Source of the DNA: Staphylococcus sp. CAG:324
GTDB taxonomy: Bacteria; Bacillota_I; Bacilli_A; ML615J-28; CAG-313
Reading direction: 5' to 3'
DNA: 64,000 nt
Assembly (NCBI GenBank): GCA_000433035.1
Contig: FR890815.1
Span: 21,800-85,799, forward strand
Position 1 is the first letter of the stretch, and every line of letters begins with the position of its first letter. Position numbers and translations under genes: made by a program. The notes beneath the pieces were generated by a model, which worked only from the letters and a program-made list of their open reading frames with translations, did not search any database and was not told where the DNA came from. Shown one piece after another: positions 1-9,875 of the stretch.

Positions 1-2
1 CT

Positions 3-131
3 AATCGACCATTAAAAGAGGTTGAAACAAATATTTTTATGTTGCCGGAATTATCAGAAAAAGAAAAATTTATTGCTCAAATTGAAACTATTCAAGCATT
101 TTTACAACAAAGAAAAGGAGAACTAAAATGA
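3..131 (+). CDS. C-terminal fragment of an upstream gene of unknown function (partial at window edge)
   Basis: Open frame from the window start ends in TGA overlapping the next ATG (ATGA). No recognisable motif. Confidence 0.3.
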   Translation, partial: NRPLKEVETNIFMLPELSEKEKFIAQIETIQAFLQQRKGELK

Positions 132-1114
132 TTTTTCGAAATGCCAAATTAGAAGACTTAAAATTAATTTGTGAATTATGGAATGAAGTTGTCACAGAAG
201 AATATTTTCTAAAAACCATGTCTGTTGATGCGTATGAAGAAAAACTTTTGAATAATCCTGATTTCTCATATGATTCAACTTTTGTTGTTTATGATGAAGA
301 GAATATGCTAATTGCTTTTGCCATTGGATATTTACGAAAGCAATATATAGATAATTTAGAAGTTGCAGGAATTGTAAATGCAATTATTGTAAAAAAAGAA
401 TATCGACGTCAAGGCATAGGGTCTAAACTATTAACAAAATTAGAAACGTATTTTAAACATATGGGTAGAAAAAAGATTGCGGTAGCCTATTTTCTTCCCT
501 CTTGTTATGCTTGGTATATTCCTCATACTGATAATCATGATCACCCTTGTGCACCTGGGATTAGAATTAATTCTAATGAATACTTCTTTTATTTACATCG
601 GGGTTATGAACCTTATAATTATCAAGATGCTTTTCATTTAAATCTTGTTGACTATGAAATTAGTGATAAAATTAAAGAAATTCTCAATAATAATGAAAAA
701 GAAGGCATTCAAATTGAAATCTATCAGCCACATAAGCATTATGGGTTAGAGGAGTTTTGTCAAAAATTGAACATTTATGATTTTGAAAAAGTAATTAAAG
801 AAAATTTAGAATTAGAAAAACCATATCCATTTTTGGTAGTTAGCAAAAATAATCAAATTGTAGGATGGACTGGTGCGATGTGGAATGAAGAAAGTGGTCG
901 TGGTCATTTTGATGGTATTGCTATTTTGGAAGAGGTTAGAGGAAAAGGATTAGGACAAGCTTTATTCTCTATGCTTGCATATTATAATAAAATGCATGGT
1001 GCTAAATTTATGACTTTTTATACAGGGTTACATAATTATGCTAGATATATATATATGAAAGCTGGTTTCAAAATAGTGATGTCTTATGCTAGTATGGGTA
1101 AGACTTTCAAATAA
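128..1114 (+). CDS. GNAT family N-acetyltransferase (two tandem GNAT-like domains)
   Basis: RBS AAAGGAG 7 nt upstream. Acetyl-CoA motif RRQGIGSKLL in the N-terminal half and RGKGLGQALF in the C-terminal half. Confidence 0.8.
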   Translation: MIFRNAKLEDLKLICELWNEVVTEEYFLKTMSVDAYEEKLLNNPDFSYDSTFVVYDEENMLIAFAIGYLRKQYIDNLEVAGIVNAIIVKKEYRRQGIGSKLLTKLETYFKHMGRKKIAVAYFLPSCYAWYIPHTDNHDHPCAPGIRINSNEYFFYLHRGYEPYNYQDAFHLNLVDYEISDKIKEILNNNEKEGIQIEIYQPHKHYGLEEFCQKLNIYDFEKVIKENLELEKPYPFLVVSKNNQIVGWTGAMWNEESGRGHFDGIAILEEVRGKGLGQALFSMLAYYNKMHGAKFMTFYTGLHNYARYIYMKAGFKIVMSYASMGKTFK

Positions 1115-1230
1115 GTAGAAGTAACGGTTGTTTATTTTTATAAACATCCTTGCTTCTTTTTCTTTGAAAGTGTATATTTTAATATCAATTATTCCAATAG
1201 ATGCATAAACTAAAATGAGTAGGTGAAAGA

Positions 1231-2151
1231 ATGGACAAACAAATAGAAACGCCATTATATCAAATATATTATAAATATCATGGAGTTGTAAAAAAGGTTC
1301 AAGTCAAAGATGAATCAAAAAATATTTCTGGAAGTATCAAAGATAGGCCAGCAAGAATGATTATTGAGGATGCTTATCAAAAAGGACTCATTCATCAAGA
1401 TACAACCATTTGTGAGGTCACAAGTGGCAATATGGGAATTGCTCTTGCAACAATTGCTAAAGATTATGGTAATCCGGTTATTATTTGTATGCCTCAATTT
1501 ATGAGTCAAGAGCGTAAAGAAATTTTAAATCGTTTAGGAGTAAAATTAATTCTAACCAATTCTTTTGAAGAAGCTTTTCAGATTGCTGAAAAATTAGCGG
1601 TTGAACAACAGGTATTTCTTACTAAACAATTTGAAAATCCTAATAATGCCAAAGCGTATATTGCATTTTGTAAAGAATTAGAAAAAAAGACAACTGAATT
1701 TCCAGCTGTGATTGCAGGAGTAGGAACAGGAGGAACCATTAACGGAATTGGTCATTATTTGAAAGAAAAATATCAAACGAAAGTGTATGCTTTAGAACCG
1801 CTTCAGACCTTAATTTTATCAACTGGCATCAGTCATGGACATCACCGAATAGAAGGTTTATCTGATGGCTTTGTACCAGATTTATATCCAAAAGATATTG
1901 TTGATCAAATAATTAGTGTTGATGATAATGATGCAATATGTATGGCCCAAAAATTAAAACAAAAATTAGGACTCAATGTAGGTATTTCCAGTGGTGCTAA
2001 TTTTATAGGTGCTGTTATGAGTGATGTGGATGGAATCATTACCGTTTTCCCTGATGATGATACGAAATATTATTCTACTGATTTGATGAATGTTGAGTTA
2101 AATAGTAAACTAGTAGATGAAATTGAACTTTTATATTTTGAGGTAATTTAA
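1231..2151 (+). CDS. PLP-dependent enzyme of the cysteine synthase / cystathionine beta-synthase family
   Basis: SGSIKDRPA lysine-PLP motif, TSGNMGIALA, and the GVGTGGTI glycine-rich phosphate loop. Confidence 0.8.
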   Translation: MDKQIETPLYQIYYKYHGVVKKVQVKDESKNISGSIKDRPARMIIEDAYQKGLIHQDTTICEVTSGNMGIALATIAKDYGNPVIICMPQFMSQERKEILNRLGVKLILTNSFEEAFQIAEKLAVEQQVFLTKQFENPNNAKAYIAFCKELEKKTTEFPAVIAGVGTGGTINGIGHYLKEKYQTKVYALEPLQTLILSTGISHGHHRIEGLSDGFVPDLYPKDIVDQIISVDDNDAICMAQKLKQKLGLNVGISSGANFIGAVMSDVDGIITVFPDDDTKYYSTDLMNVELNSKLVDEIELLYFEVI

Positions 2152-2160
2152 GAAAATAAA

Positions 2161-2202
2161 AAGCATATTAAACTAAATCAAATAGTTTAATATGCTTTTT
2201 TA
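2161..2202. terminator. Bidirectional rho-independent terminator between convergent genes
   Basis: 13-bp perfect stem AAGCATATTAAAC / GTTTAATATGCTT followed by a T-run. Lies between the + gene ending at 2151 and the - gene ending at 2206. Confidence 0.6.
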
Positions 2203-2205
2203 AAT

Positions 2206-2487
2206 TTAAATAATTTTAACGATTTTGTCAAGGCGTTTATTGATAGCCTCTAATTCTTCTTTAATACTAGGAGTGAGGATTGCTTCTTCGTCTTTAATTC
2301 CGGCAATATAATCAATGCTTACATTAAATAGCAATGATAGTTTTATTAAAACACTAATTGTTGGTTCACTGATACCTGATTCATAGCGAGTAAGGGTACG
2401 CTCATTAATGTCTAGTTTATCAGCAAGTTCTTTTTTCCCCATATCATGGTCGATACGTAAATCTTTAATTCTTTTATTCCAACTCAT
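2206..2487 (-). CDS. XRE-family helix-turn-helix transcriptional regulator
   Basis: N-terminal HTH_3 pattern (LRIDHDMGKKELADKLDINERTLTRYESG). RBS AAAGGTGGCAAT before the ATG. Confidence 0.85.
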   Translation of the reverse strand: MSWNKRIKDLRIDHDMGKKELADKLDINERTLTRYESGISEPTISVLIKLSLLFNVSIDYIAGIKDEEAILTPSIKEELEAINKRLDKIVKII

Positions 2488-2664
2488 ATTGCCACCTTTG
2501 ACCTCTTTTTCTTCATTATACCCTATTTTGTCTATAATTATGCAAAAGCGGACAAAATAGGTATTTTTTAAAAGAAAAGGACAAATTTGTCAATTTGCAA
2601 AATACAATAAAAAAACCAAATATATGAGTCATATTAGATAAAATGAAAAAGAATTTACTCTAAA

Positions 2665-2693
2665 TTGACGAATAGTTAAAAAAATGTTATAAT
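2665..2693 (+). promoter_or_regulatory. Sigma-A type promoter with extended -10 (TTGACG-17 nt-TGtTATAAT) driving the RlmI-like/dapF/symporter unit
   Basis: Near-consensus -35 TTGACG at 2665-2670, 17-nt spacer, TGnTATAAT at 2685-2693, about 30 nt upstream of the ATG at 2724. Confidence 0.5.
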
Positions 2694-2723
2694 ACAAAAT
2701 ATATGGTACATAGTAGGTAAAAG

Positions 2724-3896
2724 ATGAATATGCAAAAAGTAATTTTAAAAAAAGATGAAGAACAAAGAATTCAAAATGGTCATCCTTGGATTTTTTCTAA
2801 TGAAGTTTTCTCAATTGAGGGTAAAATACAATCAGGGAAACTTTGTGATGTTTATACTTATACTGGAACTTTTCTAGGTAGAGGTTTTCTAAATACCGCA
2901 AGCAAAATTATGGTAAGAATGTTATCATTTGAAAAAATTGAAATTACAGAAGAATTTTTTGTAGAAAGAATTAATCTAGCAAATGATTTTCGAAAACAAA
3001 TGGGTTTATCCGATAATTATCGCGTTGTATTTAGTGAGGCTGATGGGCTACCAGGTTTAATTGTAGATAAATACGGAGAGTATTTATCAGTTCAATTTTT
3101 ATCACTTGGGATGGATATGCATAAGCAGATGATTGTGCATGCTTTAGTAAAAATCTTTTCACCTAAAGGAATAATGGAACGAAGTGATAGTGCTGTTCGA
3201 AAAAAAGAGGGATTAGAAGAATACAAAGGTATGATATATCATGCTCCTTTTCAGCCTAAGGTAGTAATTGAAGAAAATGGTGTGCGGTTAATGGTTGATT
3301 TGGAAAATGGTCAAAAAACAGGATATTTTTTAGACCAAAAATGGAATAGGGCCGCATTAAAATATTATGTCAAAGATCGCATCGTTCTTGATTGTTTTTC
3401 TCATACAGGAAGTTTTGCTATGCATGCTTTGAAATATGGAGCGAAAAAAAGTGTTGCGGTAGATATTAGTCAAAAAGCTTGTGATGATATTTTAACAAAT
3501 GCCAATCTCAATCATTTTACAAATATTGAAGTTGTGTGTGAAGATGTGTTTGATTTTTTGCGAGATAGTAAAAATCAAAATCAATTTGATGTAATCATAC
3601 TTGATCCACCCGCATTTACTAAATCAAAAGATACGGTTAAAAAAGCTTATAGTGGGTATAAAGAAATTAATTTAAGTGCGTTAAAAGCAATCAAATCAGG
3701 TGGAATTTTATTCACTTTTTCTTGCTCTAATCATATGACACCTGCTTTATTTTTACAGATGTTAGAAGAAGCAAGTTTGGATGCAAAACGAATCGTTCAA
3801 ATGCTTGATTTTCGTATTCAATCACCCGATCATCCAGTTAGAATTGATAGTGAAGAATCATTATATCTAAAATGTGTCATTTTAAGAGTGTTATAA
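2724..3896 (+). CDS. rlmI: Class I SAM-dependent rRNA (cytosine-C5) methyltransferase, RlmI/YwbD-like with an N-terminal PUA-like region
   Basis: Rossmann MTase motifs (VLDCFSHTGSF, ILDPPAF) with an N-terminal PUA-like segment. Length about 390 aa, typical of RlmI. Confidence 0.8.
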   Translation: MNMQKVILKKDEEQRIQNGHPWIFSNEVFSIEGKIQSGKLCDVYTYTGTFLGRGFLNTASKIMVRMLSFEKIEITEEFFVERINLANDFRKQMGLSDNYRVVFSEADGLPGLIVDKYGEYLSVQFLSLGMDMHKQMIVHALVKIFSPKGIMERSDSAVRKKEGLEEYKGMIYHAPFQPKVVIEENGVRLMVDLENGQKTGYFLDQKWNRAALKYYVKDRIVLDCFSHTGSFAMHALKYGAKKSVAVDISQKACDDILTNANLNHFTNIEVVCEDVFDFLRDSKNQNQFDVIILDPPAFTKSKDTVKKAYSGYKEINLSALKAIKSGGILFTFSCSNHMTPALFLQMLEEASLDAKRIVQMLDFRIQSPDHPVRIDSEESLYLKCVILRVL

Positions 3897-3924
3897 AAAT
3901 ACGATATATAAAAGGAGGAGCAAT

Positions 3925-4686
3925 TTGGAAATCTATAGCGGTTGTGAAAATACCTTTATTATATGTATGTATCAAAGTCAAAAAGATCATGCTGCTTATG
4001 CACAAATGGTTTGTAAAAATAAAATAGATGGTTTTATGATGGTCAAGACGACACCCTTAGAAATGGTTTTATATAATCAAGATGGTAGTTTAGCTTCTAT
4101 GTGTGGAAATGGTATAAGATGCTTTATTGAATACTGTTATCGTCATCATATTATTCAAGAAGAAGAGAATATGGTTCTCACACCAAGTGGTAGAATAGAT
4201 ACTAAAATAGTAAATCTATCACCATTTATGGTTTACGTAAGAATGAATGAGCCAATCTTCACATATATTGATAATAGAATATATCTTGATGAACCTATTG
4301 TTGTGAACAATCATATATATAAAATTAGTCTTGTGCATACTGGTGTGTGGCATGGAATCATTCTTCCTGATGATTTTAAACAAGCATTAGAAGATGCACC
4401 TTTGATTAGAAATCTACCACTTTTTAAAGAATATTTAAATTTAGATATTATAATGATTACAAATGATATATATGTTAAAACATATGAAAGAGGCGTCGGT
4501 TTTACCAAAGCGTGTGGAACAGGTGTAATGGCAAGTTTTGTAATTTTAGAAAAACTAAAATTATTAACGTGTAATCAAATAGCAGTTCGAACAGATGGTG
4601 GCTATATTGAAGCAGGGAGGAATGAAAAAGGGTTATATATTTTAGGTCCATCAAGATATGTAAGTAGTTATAAAGATGGAGAATAA
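3925..4686 (+). CDS. dapF: Diaminopimelate epimerase
   Basis: TTG start 8 nt after AAGGAGGAG. Catalytic cysteine contexts MCGNGIRC and ACGTG, about 250 aa. Confidence 0.75.
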   Translation: MEIYSGCENTFIICMYQSQKDHAAYAQMVCKNKIDGFMMVKTTPLEMVLYNQDGSLASMCGNGIRCFIEYCYRHHIIQEEENMVLTPSGRIDTKIVNLSPFMVYVRMNEPIFTYIDNRIYLDEPIVVNNHIYKISLVHTGVWHGIILPDDFKQALEDAPLIRNLPLFKEYLNLDIIMITNDIYVKTYERGVGFTKACGTGVMASFVILEKLKLLTCNQIAVRTDGGYIEAGRNEKGLYILGPSRYVSSYKDGE

Positions 4687-4691
4687 AAGAT

Positions 4692-6077
4692 ATGGTAACT
4701 TTAGACGTTATTCGTCAAATTCATGATTTTATTTGGGGGATGCCCCTTATTTGTTTAATCATTATAGTTGGTGTATGGCTAACAATAAAATTAAAAGGTC
4801 TCCAAGTTACAAAACTTAAGAAGGCCTTTTCTTTTATGTTAAAAGAAGAAGAAGGACAAAAAGGAGAAGTGAGCACTTTTCAGGCTTTGTGCATTTCGAT
4901 GTCAGCAACTATTGGGACAGGTAATATTACTGCTGTAGCATCAGCTATTACAATTGGAGGTCCAGGAGCGCTACTTTGGATGATTATTACTGCCTTTTTT
5001 GGAATGGCTACCAAATATGCGGAAGGTTTTTTGGCGGTTAAATACCGTAAAATTGAAAATGATCGAATAATTGGGGGTCCTTATGCTTATATTGAATATG
5101 GATTAGGGGCGAAGTGGAAACCGCTTGCGAAAGCCTTTGCTATCTTCGGTATGTTTGCTTCCATCTTGGGTCTTGGTACTCTTACACAAATTAATGGAAT
5201 TGTTGATGCTACGCAAAATGTTTTTGATAAGGAAAGTTTACATCTTCTATCAATAGGTAAGATAAATCTATCATGGTGTTCTTTGATTGCGGGAGCGCTG
5301 ATTGCTATTTTTTCTGCATTAGTGTTAATTGGAGGAGTGAAGAGAATTGGTAGAGTATGTGAATGGATTGTTCCTATTATGGCTCTTACCTATATTGCTA
5401 TTTGTCTTTTATTGATATGTTGTAATATCAAAGAAGTTCCCCTAGCAATACGGTCAATTGTTCAAATGGCCTTTTCTAATCAAGCACTTGCAGGAGGAAT
5501 TACGGGAATCACAATCAGAAATGTCATTCAACAAGGAGTAGCCAAAGGAATTTTTACCAATGAAGCAGGTCTTGGTAGTGCTCCGATTGCTACGGCAACC
5601 GTTAAATCTAACGATCCTATACGGCAAGGGTTAGTTGCTATGACATCAACTTTTTTTGGCACTGTAATCATATGTAGTCTTACAGGACTTTGCGTTGTCC
5701 TTACTGGTGCTTGGAAAGAAAACTTAATGGGGATTTCAATTGCTGATTATGCCTTTACCAAAGGGCTTCCTTTTCCTAGTATCGTTTGTTCTTTGTTAAT
5801 TTTATTGTGTATAATCTGTTTTGCTTTTACGACCATTATTGGTTGGAATCTATATGGAGTAAAGTGTCTGGATTATTTGACTAAGGGAAATGTGAAAATT
5901 CAAAGGATTTATAATTGGTTATATATTTTAATGGTCTTTATAGGTGCATTTTTAAAAATAGATTTGATTTGGAATTTGGCGGAAATTATAAATGCCTTAA
6001 TGGCAATTCCTAACTTAATTGCTATTTTATTTTTAACAAATGATATTGCTAAAGATACTAACCTATATTTTAAATAA
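4692..6077 (+). CDS. Sodium:alanine symporter family (AGCS) amino-acid carrier
   Basis: Polytopic membrane protein. AGCS signatures FQALCISMSATIGTGNI and GGPGALLWM. Confidence 0.85.
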   Translation: MVTLDVIRQIHDFIWGMPLICLIIIVGVWLTIKLKGLQVTKLKKAFSFMLKEEEGQKGEVSTFQALCISMSATIGTGNITAVASAITIGGPGALLWMIITAFFGMATKYAEGFLAVKYRKIENDRIIGGPYAYIEYGLGAKWKPLAKAFAIFGMFASILGLGTLTQINGIVDATQNVFDKESLHLLSIGKINLSWCSLIAGALIAIFSALVLIGGVKRIGRVCEWIVPIMALTYIAICLLLICCNIKEVPLAIRSIVQMAFSNQALAGGITGITIRNVIQQGVAKGIFTNEAGLGSAPIATATVKSNDPIRQGLVAMTSTFFGTVIICSLTGLCVVLTGAWKENLMGISIADYAFTKGLPFPSIVCSLLILLCIICFAFTTIIGWNLYGVKCLDYLTKGNVKIQRIYNWLYILMVFIGAFLKIDLIWNLAEIINALMAIPNLIAILFLTNDIAKDTNLYFK

Positions 6078-6110
6078 TGCCATCAATGGATAGAAAAGAA
6101 CAAGTAACAA

Positions 6111-6141
6111 AAAAAGAAGCAATGGGTATTTGCTTCTTTTT
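6111..6141. terminator. Rho-independent terminator hairpin between convergent genes
   Basis: GAAGCAA-TGGGTAT-TTGCTTC followed by TTTTT. Confidence 0.5.
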
Positions 6142-6604
6142 AAATATCAAATAAAATTGATATCAATTTAGTAGTTAGTATGCTTACACCAATTCCAAAT
6201 AAACTTCCGGTTAAAATTCTTCTTAAGTTATTGCTTTCTATATCGAAAAAATATTGCAAAGATCCATCAATAATAAGTGGCAATATGAAAGTAATACAAA
6301 TTATCATACTATATATGATGGGAAGAGAAATTATTTTTTTTCGCAAATGTGTTAAATTCAAACATATCATTCCTAAAATATAGAACAATAACATACACGT
6401 ACAACGCCAACAAAGCGGAAAAACAAAATTTCCTATTGCTAATGCGGAATTTTTATTTCGATTACAAAGAGGAACTTTGCCAATGATAGCAAAAGAAAAT
6501 TGTAACTCTTTAGGTAGGAAGGATTGGAGTGCAATCATCATAATAATAAAAATACTAAATGATAGAATAATAGAAGATAGAATACATATTTTTTTCTTAT
6601 TCAA
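6140..6604 (-). CDS. DUF2085-family membrane protein
   Basis: CNRN...PLCWRCTCM cysteine cluster followed by 3 TM helices, typical of DUF2085. The 3' end abuts the terminator, so the C-terminus is uncertain. Confidence 0.55.
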   Translation of the reverse strand: MNKKKICILSSIILSFSIFIIMMIALQSFLPKELQFSFAIIGKVPLCNRNKNSALAIGNFVFPLCWRCTCMLLFYILGMICLNLTHLRKKIISLPIIYSMIICITFILPLIIDGSLQYFFDIESNNLRRILTGSLFGIGVSILTTKLISILFDI

Positions 6605-6619
6605 TGTAAAATCTTAATT

Positions 6620-7006
6620 TTAATAGGCTGTTTCTAAATAAGATACAATGATAACCGCATAGCAAATAGAAACAACGATATTAAAAATAACTCCAATCAA
6701 TGCTCCGATTCCACAAGATTTAGCTTTTCTAGGAGTTTCTCCTTTCCAAACTAAGAAAAGAATGAGCCCAACAATAGGGAAGAAAAAAGAAAGAATTCCA
6801 AAACCTACACTAGATGAATCAGCTTTTTGATTATTTGGTGTAGCATTCATATTATTTTGATTATAGTATGAGTAATCACTATTTGTTGTTGTCACTTGAC
6901 TGCTTTCTTCATTTTCTGGATTTGTTTCTTCAATTTTATTCCCACATACGGGGCAAAATTTTGCATCATCTTCTAATAATTGATTACAGTGATTGCATTT
7001 TTTCAT
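6620..7006 (-). CDS. Zinc-ribbon plus DUF4190-like small membrane protein
   Basis: Start moved to the ATG at 7006 (MKKCNHC), which has an AAGGAG RBS. N-terminal CxxC...CxxC ribbon, Ser/Asn-rich linker, C-terminal KSCGIGALIG motif and TM helices. Confidence 0.6.
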   Translation of the reverse strand: MKKCNHCNQLLEDDAKFCPVCGNKIEETNPENEESSQVTTTNSDYSYYNQNNMNATPNNQKADSSSVGFGILSFFFPIVGLILFLVWKGETPRKAKSCGIGALIGVIFNIVVSICYAVIIVSYLETAY

Positions 7007-7131
7007 ATTTAATCTCCTTTTAAATAAAAATAATTTATTCAATTATATCATAACTATGAATAAAATGCAAGAAAATATAAAAAAAAGTGAAGTTAACAAA
7101 TTGGGTTAATTTCACTTTTTCATAGTTAGAT

Positions 7132-7416
7132 TTATCGATAATGAATTTTTCCGATTATTAGTATGATAATAATGGCTACAACTATGTAAAATACAGAGCC
7201 TATCAATGAGCCCCATCCACAAGATTTTGACTTTAATGGTTTTTTAGTTTGCCAAACTAAATAAAAAATATATCCTAAAATTGGTAGAAAAAAACTTAAA
7301 ATCCAAAATCCCCAATTTAATTTTTGATCAGAAACTTTTGTCGTTTTAGTTTTTTTATTGTCATCTTGTTTGGCGATTTCTGTTGTTTTGATATTGTTTT
7401 CTTCCATAATTAACAC
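7132..7416 (-). CDS. DUF4190-like small membrane protein (paralog of the C-terminal half of 6620-7006)
   Basis: Shares the WxxxxFxPIxGxIxxLVW ... KSxSCGxGxLIG ... IVVAIII architecture with the neighbouring gene. Confidence 0.55.
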   Translation of the reverse strand: MLIMEENNIKTTEIAKQDDNKKTKTTKVSDQKLNWGFWILSFFLPILGYIFYLVWQTKKPLKSKSCGWGSLIGSVFYIVVAIIIILIIGKIHYR

Positions 7417-7554
7417 CTCTTAATCTAATTATATCATATTTTTTCTAAAATGCAAAACAAATGACAAAAGCGTTTGAATAAATTAGCATAATATTTTTTA
7501 AAATTTAGAAGATATGGTAAAATATTGTTAAATAAAATTAGGAGAAAGAATACA

Positions 7555-8589
7555 ATGATTAATTTAAAGAATGATTACTGTTATATTGCACATCCGAGAA
7601 TAATGGAAAAATTGAATCAAAATCTCGATAATACCTATGTTGGCTATGGATTAGATGAACATACCAAAAAAGCTTCTGATTTAATCAAAAATGTTTTTAA
7701 ATGTAAAAAAGCAGATGTTCATTTTTTAACTGGTGGTACAATTACAAATAAAATTTTAATTGCACATTGTTTAAAACCATTTGAAGCTGTGATATCGGCG
7801 GATAATGGTCATATTCATGTTCATGAAACTGGCGCAATTGAGGCAACAGGTCATAAGGTTTTAGTCGTAAATAATAGTGATGGTAAAGTAAAAGCAGACG
7901 ATGTTGAACAAATTGTTGTCAAACATACGGATGAACATATGGTGAGACCTAAAATGTTATATATATCTAATCCTACTGAATATGGCACGATTTATAGTTT
8001 AGCAGAATTAAAGGAACTATATACTATTTGTAAAAAACTGAATATGTATCTGTATGTTGATGGAGCTAGATTAGCTTGTGCTTTGATGGCGAATGAGAAT
8101 ACTATTCAGGCAAGCGATTTGGCTAAATATGTAGATGCATTTTATATTGGTGGTACAAAAAATGGTTTAATGATGGGAGAGGCTCTTGTCATTGTTAATG
8201 ATTGTTTAAAAGAAGAATTTAGATATACTCAAAAACATTTTGGCGGATTGCTAGCAAAAGGTTTTTTATGCGGTTTACAATTTGAGGCTTTATTTGAAAA
8301 CAATTTATTTTTTGAAATTGGTGCTTATCAAAATAATTTAGCCAACCTTTTAACAGAAGGATTCAAACAATTAGGTATTCAATTTTTTACTCAAACAAGA
8401 ACAAATCAAGTATTTATTACGATAGAGAATGATATCGTTGAACAATTAAGCAAATATGTTATGTTTGATATATGGGAAAGAGGTTCTAATCAAACTACAA
8501 TTCGATTCGTGACGCATTATAAATTAGAAGTATCTCAGGTGAATGAAGTGATTCATCTTTTAGAAGTTTTAACCAAAGCGAGAAATTAG
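7555..8589 (+). CDS. Threonine aldolase / beta-eliminating lyase family PLP enzyme
   Basis: Start placed at the ATG at 7555 after AGGAGA. Fold-type I PLP pattern (GGTKNG lysine region). Confidence 0.65.
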   Translation: MINLKNDYCYIAHPRIMEKLNQNLDNTYVGYGLDEHTKKASDLIKNVFKCKKADVHFLTGGTITNKILIAHCLKPFEAVISADNGHIHVHETGAIEATGHKVLVVNNSDGKVKADDVEQIVVKHTDEHMVRPKMLYISNPTEYGTIYSLAELKELYTICKKLNMYLYVDGARLACALMANENTIQASDLAKYVDAFYIGGTKNGLMMGEALVIVNDCLKEEFRYTQKHFGGLLAKGFLCGLQFEALFENNLFFEIGAYQNNLANLLTEGFKQLGIQFFTQTRTNQVFITIENDIVEQLSKYVMFDIWERGSNQTTIRFVTHYKLEVSQVNEVIHLLEVLTKARN

Positions 8590-9552
8590 ATGTTAAAAAT
8601 TGGTAATGTAAGTTTAAAAAATAATATTATTCTTGCTCCAATGGCAGGAGTATCAACATCTAGTTATCGTAATATCTGTTTAGAGCATCAAGCAGGTTTA
8701 GTATGTACGGAAATGATTAGTGACAAAGGACTTGCTTATGAAAATGCTAAAACTTTACAAATGATTCAAATAAAAGAAAATGAGCATCCGATTTCAATGC
8801 AAATATTTGGTTCCGATTATAAAACAATTACAGCCTCGGCTATACAAATGTCAAAACTTTCTCCTATTGATATTCTAGATGTAAATATGGGATGTCCCGT
8901 TCATAAGGTTGTGAAAAGCCAAGCAGGTTCAGCCTTATTAAAGGAACCACAAAAAATCTATGACATTGTTAAATCGTTAAAGGAAAATGTATCTATTCCA
9001 ATAACCATTAAAATTAGAGCAGGATGGGATAATTATTCAATTAATTGTGATAAAGTGGCCAGTCTTGCTTGTAAAGCAGGAGTGGATGCAATTACAATTC
9101 ATGGTCGAACTCGTTCGCAGTTATATACTGGTAGTGTGAATTTGGATTATATAAAAATGGTCAAAGAAGCGTCAAATGTTCCTGTTATAGGAAATGGTGA
9201 TATTAAAGATATCTCTACTGCCATTAAAATGTTTCAACAAGGGGTAGATGGAATTATGATTGGACGTTCAGCAATGGGAAATCCTTTTATTTTTGATCAA
9301 TTAGTGACATATTTTACTGAAGGCAAAATCATTGACCCACCATCAAAAGAAGAAGTAATTCAAACCCTTTTAGATCATGCACAAAGATTAATGGCTGATA
9401 AAGGAGAACATCTAGCAATGATTGAAATGCGATCCCATGCGGGATGGTATCTTAAACTAATTCCTCAATCAAAACAATATAAAAGTGCAATTGTTGGGAT
9501 TCAAACTTATCAAGAATTAGAAAAAATCTGTTGGTGTATATTGAATAATTAA
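8590..9552 (+). CDS. dusB: tRNA-dihydrouridine synthase
   Basis: The start overlaps the upstream stop. Dus family motifs LAPMAGVS, DVNMGCP and ITIHGRTR. Confidence 0.85.
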   Translation: MLKIGNVSLKNNIILAPMAGVSTSSYRNICLEHQAGLVCTEMISDKGLAYENAKTLQMIQIKENEHPISMQIFGSDYKTITASAIQMSKLSPIDILDVNMGCPVHKVVKSQAGSALLKEPQKIYDIVKSLKENVSIPITIKIRAGWDNYSINCDKVASLACKAGVDAITIHGRTRSQLYTGSVNLDYIKMVKEASNVPVIGNGDIKDISTAIKMFQQGVDGIMIGRSAMGNPFIFDQLVTYFTEGKIIDPPSKEEVIQTLLDHAQRLMADKGEHLAMIEMRSHAGWYLKLIPQSKQYKSAIVGIQTYQELEKICWCILNN

Positions 9553-9585
9553 AAACATATAAGCAACCCTTATATGTTTTTAATT
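9552..9585 (+). terminator. Rho-independent terminator of dusB
   Basis: AAAACATATAAG-CAACC-CTTATATGTTTT followed by TTAATTT. Confidence 0.5.
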
Positions 9586-9808
9586 TGATAAAAAAAAACA
9601 ATAATTTGGCAAAGATGAATAGTATAATAAAATAAGAAAGTAAAAAATACATATAAAGAAAGAATAATAAAGATATATAGAATATGTAAAAATATAGTTT
9701 ATCTAAAAGGAATAACATTTAAAAAATTGATGAATGTGTTTCTCCTACTAGATATGTATCTTAGGAATATTTAGAAAATATAATTATATGTTTTCTTTTG
9801 TATGTTTT

Positions 9809-9849
9809 AAAAATAAAAAATCCTTATTTGGTATTAAACTAAACAAGGA
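9809..9849 (-). terminator. Rho-independent terminator of the ClpC-like gene
   Basis: On the minus strand, UCCUUGUUU ... AAAUAAGGA forms a 9-bp stem with one G-U pair, followed by U6AU5. Confidence 0.5.
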
Positions 9850-9875
9850 CTTATATCAATTTTATTTTAGACAAT

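Noticed and set aside
192-383. Short ORFs (60-125 aa) from the ORF track. On the minus strand: 192-383, 1028-1255, 1315-1509, 4311-4508, 9452-9718, 16900-17106, 18939-19172, 24254-24598, 25788-25979, 26889-27158, 30194-30379, 30593-30841, 30723-30908, 30964-31227, 31261-31626, 33693-33908, 38810-38995, 38967-39200, 41412-41603, 42325-42516, 45806-46063, 47159-47341, 48002-48238, 49607-49912, 53097-53336, 56016-56204. On the plus strand: 6180-6383, 27806-28069, 29187-29384.
   Set aside because: Each lies inside, or antisense to, a longer ORF with clear family motifs. They are low-complexity AT-driven reading frames without RBS or recognisable domains.
7525-7554. Upstream TTG/GTG starts proposed by the ORF track for 7525, 21367, 23100, 24880, 25463, 35921, 41728, 55495 and 58567
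   Set aside because: Each has a better internal ATG with a Shine-Dalgarno at correct spacing. Several also match conserved protein N-termini or immediately follow the upstream stop codon. The start positions in the feature list were adjusted accordingly.
9553-9875. 320-nt AT-rich spacer, examined for CRISPR repeats, tRNA or small RNA
   Set aside because: No direct repeats of CRISPR length or spacing. No tRNA-like GTTC/T-arm or acceptor features. It is explained by two convergent terminators and AT-rich spacer sequence.
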